A stretch of DNA of 64,000 nt from Nemertoderma westbladi (Eukaryota > Animalia > Xenacoelomorpha). Of this stretch, positions 61,601 through 64,000 are shown in pieces. Within the stretch, counting starts at the first letter, position 1. Each line of letters opens with the position of its first letter. Made by a program: the position numbers and the translations under genes. The stretch spans positions 7,124 to 71,123 of the forward strand of contig JAUCBJ010006674.1 of NCBI GenBank assembly GCA_032718475.1, in the 5' to 3' direction. Below the pieces are notes generated by a model, which did no database searches, was not told where the DNA came from, and worked only from the letters and a program-made list of their open reading frames with translations.

Positions 61601-62936
61601 TTTCCTCCGCTTGTTGTTGCAAGCGCTCGTCCAGGAATTCCTGTAAAGAGTAGGTTCGTCCACGTTCGATGTCCTCCTCTAGATTTTGTATTTCTCTATC
61701 GAACTGGGGTAAAGCTAGTTCTTTCACCGCTTGGACTTGTTGTTGCAATTTACGTTTCTCCAAGCAATCGTAAGTTCCTTTTCCGATTTTCTGCCGAATA
61801 GCGTCCAATGCATTTCGTATCACGCTCTCTTCGACTTCTGTAACAGGTTGGATCGGAGGAAGGCCAGGACGGTTGTAGGGGTTAAACGGTGATATTAGAT
61901 GACCGCGTCCTAGTCCAGCGAGGTAAGGTTGGCGAATATCCAACGAACCCACTACCGGAGTGCCACCAATCAACTGTTCAGGTAACACCAGATCTTTGAA
62001 CAGTGAGTACAGTTCGGGAGGATCCGTAATACTATTAGGATCTAGAGTTTGAGGTATCACTTGGGAATGGGGAGGTCTGACCGAGTATTCCGGAACTCTG
62101 ATCATGGGTTTACTCAATGATCGCTTAAGGCGCGCGACCGTAGGTGATACGTCGAAAAGGTTACGCTCGAAACTCCCATAAGTATATCGCGTAAAACTAT
62201 GTTTAGCGCAACGTCTCCGAGGATGTTTATGCCTTTCGATTTGCTGGTTAGGTCTAGGGCATTCGTCACAGTAATACCAAAGACGCACGTCTTGAAGGGG
62301 AAACGCGGGTGATCGCTCTCCAGTTTTACAATATTCCTCCATCTGTTCGAAGCTATCTGGAACGACAGGGAGTGGTCGATCGGCGGTAAGATACATCATC
62401 GTAAAATAGAGCCGTTTGAGTTCCGTCATGGGATCTGGATGTATACCTTGAGGATATCGAGTTTCGAGGTTTTGTTGACTAGCAACATTGAGATAGGTCT
62501 CTCTTAGGAATTCTAGATATTCGTTGAAGCCGCTACGTTTATCAGGTTCTTCAACATCTTCTCTTTCGAGTTTATTTCGAATAGAGTTCTCGTGTTCTAT
62601 TCTCGATTTGTCGTTGCGACTCCGCTGGGTATGATATTTAAATAAATCCATTTCCCTTTCGGTATCGACATCGTCGGTGTCGTGTAAATCAATAGGATGA
62701 CCAGTAGTCAAGAAGTCCATATACGTACCATTACGATGCGTATAGCGAGCAGTGAATTTTCTATAGCCCAATTCACGCGTAAGTTGCTCCTGGGATATTG
62801 GCGGTTCGATATAACGACCATCGTCCTCCGTAGTAGTTGGATCAGCGTCGCCGCGTATCAAGCTATCGACAAACGCTTGTAAAGGTAGAATATATCTCTC
62901 CCTGATACCAAGATCATCTTCTATTAATTCAGTCAT
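58683..62936 (-). CDS. Retrotransposon-borne 1417-aa protein with putative DEDDy (WRN/EXD/RNase D-like) 3'-5' exonuclease, CCHC zinc fingers and basic C-terminus
   Basis: ExoI VVTYD718NE720G; LPQPVLEMLFNERILKIGSAVYGD819L (ExoII); FVDTQLIA; SIGHLAFQEYG; PL...Y927TIFE931 (ExoIII-like); CRLCASRDH..C, CAYC..H..CP, CHYCQLKGHESYNC; KKLRKRRPRKKD. The ORF itself is certain; the domain call is by motif recognition. Confidence 0.8.
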   Translation of the reverse strand: MTELIEDDLGIRERYILPLQAFVDSLIRGDADPTTTEDDGRYIEPPISQEQLTRELGYRKFTARYTHRNGTYMDFLTTGHPIDLHDTDDVDTEREMDLFKYHTQRSRNDKSRIEHENSIRNKLEREDVEEPDKRSGFNEYLEFLRETYLNVASQQNLETRYPQGIHPDPMTELKRLYFTMMYLTADRPLPVVPDSFEQMEEYCKTGERSPAFPLQDVRLWYYCDECPRPNQQIERHKHPRRRCAKHSFTRYTYGSFERNLFDVSPTVARLKRSLSKPMIRVPEYSVRPPHSQVIPQTLDPNSITDPPELYSLFKDLVLPEQLIGGTPVVGSLDIRQPYLAGLGRGHLISPFNPYNRPGLPPIQPVTEVEESVIRNALDAIRQKIGKGTYDCLEKRKLQQQVQAVKELALPQFDREIQNLEEDIERGRTYSLQEFLDERLQQQAEENQLEERHIELTEREEAALAQPEAQILVTDLYSKTILHPSMVPHFKDKLFATVQPQPVNTDLRSQELVADAPMLQRPPVEAARVDGVLVEPPDNRADLVRRMVHDVNIRARPLPDSFYGIKDHPYYVNLKQYYMVKPEDPTHSLKFLPLINPLDLVELEQLQKHLDQLVKLNSFRKPYNISRIEKEILPPYNLDGFIKTRLVHWNLDVLFEEERIKRYGDVETYTTQCLKYRDLPNASECATLWHPVGMTLENATKEWNETLNVIEMYGVVTYDNEGSVPVGELGTTRMIHIRGLAGSTHVFTRACSDVIDYSFETLTETQKKLRHGQFELAQRYVTDTERKPAMGIDGSMLPQPVLEMLFNERILKIGSAVYGDLQNDFRNMENIPYPFVDTQLIAPWAEGRGFFRTMYANTPSDITKVQRTSIGHLAFQEYGWNFKVGNPTNYQQVYGDHYSRLYFDGPLTAPGAVYSFMSVPLRPSLAIYTIFENAALAGWLADVCSRTIRAHPLILGTKLAKLDEHNKFIRFECFRRFLTPFRNVDSQFKDRALTKLSLRDSAAEKLSSAGFAVFQDVCIQNSHSSVIQRPRIPTGYSVVEIQTVDPLTETDAPTSSIQLEDEPVCLESEAIQPTTSRSSDNDYVIEWYQGPQRLTAYDYRHANYVSRKRCRLCASRDHFTPLDSSVPCSYFLEQPMMEIYCAYCRLNNSHIFAVCPQFMTQCHYCQLKGHESYNCPFNRDLESVDEIITLRYIRAWEANADLHCESRHRYYPGRAYEGVYAFHPYLFASIEQKTRVPSYELMKRVGECISTKFVRKYLRNVNPNDITTYHLINFIRQDPEYGDIFVNSHPELQEISRRPYEYRTRERELERTIKPRKFLTTHGPPTASVQTTRQGPVGAAVLRRALKAVRPRSTEVDINQPGTSTGGYTDRNPAPSDAIILHPSPRSYSPPRKVARPKEKRTLASFKKLRKRRPRKKD

Positions 62937-64000
62937 ATCTGCTATACGAGTTCACCAATATTATAATGAGTTTATATATGTATTAGGCGAGCGGGCGTCG
63001 CTGCCTACTTCTCCCTTGCCCCCGGACAGTATGAGATTCTCAGCGCCGATGTACCGCTGTCGCTATACTTTCGCCAACGACGTAGCCGTACAACGACAAC
63101 GATAACCGGCACAAGTCACTCAACTGTCCGTCCCAAAGGCTTAGATGTACTTCAGGTTTTCCTTGGAGAGTTAGGTTACTTTTACGATTGCGACTAGCTA
63201 CTGTAAACACACTTTAGCAGTAACATTCACCTATAAACTCACAAATACCACACAACTGGTCACAACTACGCACATTCGGGCCATTTGTCCGTTAGTCAAT
63301 GCCTTCCAGAATGTCACTGTATTATTATGTATCCTTGGATACTAGTAGTGCGCTATTTATTCCCTATGCTATTCAATGGGACAAGCTTTCTATTGTTCTT
63401 TTAACTCCATTCTAATTCTAGCGTGGTTGTTGCTATGGTGACATTATGCAAAGCTAGCGGTAGAATTAGGGTAATTCCAATGCATACAGATCTGGGATGT
63501 TATTTAATAGTATTCTTTAATAGTCAATGTTCTGTTTTATACATGACTTTAAGAATTTTATCGGCTATTGACTATGTTTGGGAGACTTTCACACACTCAT
63601 ACGCATGATAAGATAAATCTCCGCTCCCTTGATCTATTAATTAATGGAATTTTGGGAATGTTATAAATTGCGTAAAATGGCAATTTATTAAATTCATTAA
63701 AAGGCATGAATTTAAATTTATTCCCTGAAATTTTATTATTTGACAACTAAATGGACATATTTTGATTCTAGAACATGTCTGGGGACACAAGATCCTTAAT
63801 TCTATGACAATTGTCTTTTTAAGAATATCGGTAAATGCTACGATATCTTAATTGACTAGAATTATTGCAGGATCTGAATTTTACAGATTTTGATTTATTA
63901 GATTTTGCAAATATTAATTAATTAATATTTGAGATGGGCACCGATTTATTCCAGAACTTGTCTGGGGACGTTAACCACTGATTCTAGAATTTGTCTTTTA

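Larger units (their letters stand above)
57423..64000 (-). mobile_element. BEL/Pao family copy D (3' part; continues beyond the right edge)
   Basis: 3' LTR 57423-58604, PPT, intact 1417-aa ORF2, and spacer homologous to copy A 47800-48830. Confidence 0.95.

Noticed and set aside
58683-62936. ORF2 as env glycoprotein or as a captured host gene unrelated to the element
   Set aside because: No signal peptide or TM anchor seen, and it occupies the same position inside the LTR-bounded unit in three copies.

Overview
AT-rich, repeat-dense animal (probably invertebrate) genomic DNA. Host genes: (i) four in-phase exons on the minus strand (5994->46, continuing off the left edge) encoding a degenerate cadherin-like domain, an RRKR furin-type site and EGF repeats; (ii) a single-coding-exon F-box/LRR gene (53200-54699). 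The rest is mostly transposon debris: RTE, CR1/L2 LINEs, Tc1/mariner, an IS3EU-like non-autonomous element, Penelope-type minimal hammerhead motifs, SINE-like pieces and minisatellites. The main feature is four copies (A-D) of one BEL/Pao LTR retrotransposon family between 29.7 and 64 kb. In the env position, after a ~1.6 kb spacer that ends in a covarying RNA structure, the family carries a 1417-aa ORF. It has no fusogen features but has WRN/EXD/RNase D-like DEDDy 3'-5' exonuclease motifs, three CCHC zinc fingers and a basic NLS-like tail. Copy A is a young insertion (near-identical LTRs, 6-bp TSD) that has lost RT, most of RNase H, integrase and the exonuclease through three deletions that all preserve reading frame. 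It also lacks a canonical tRNA primer-binding site. All domain calls are by eye from motifs; no database searches were run.
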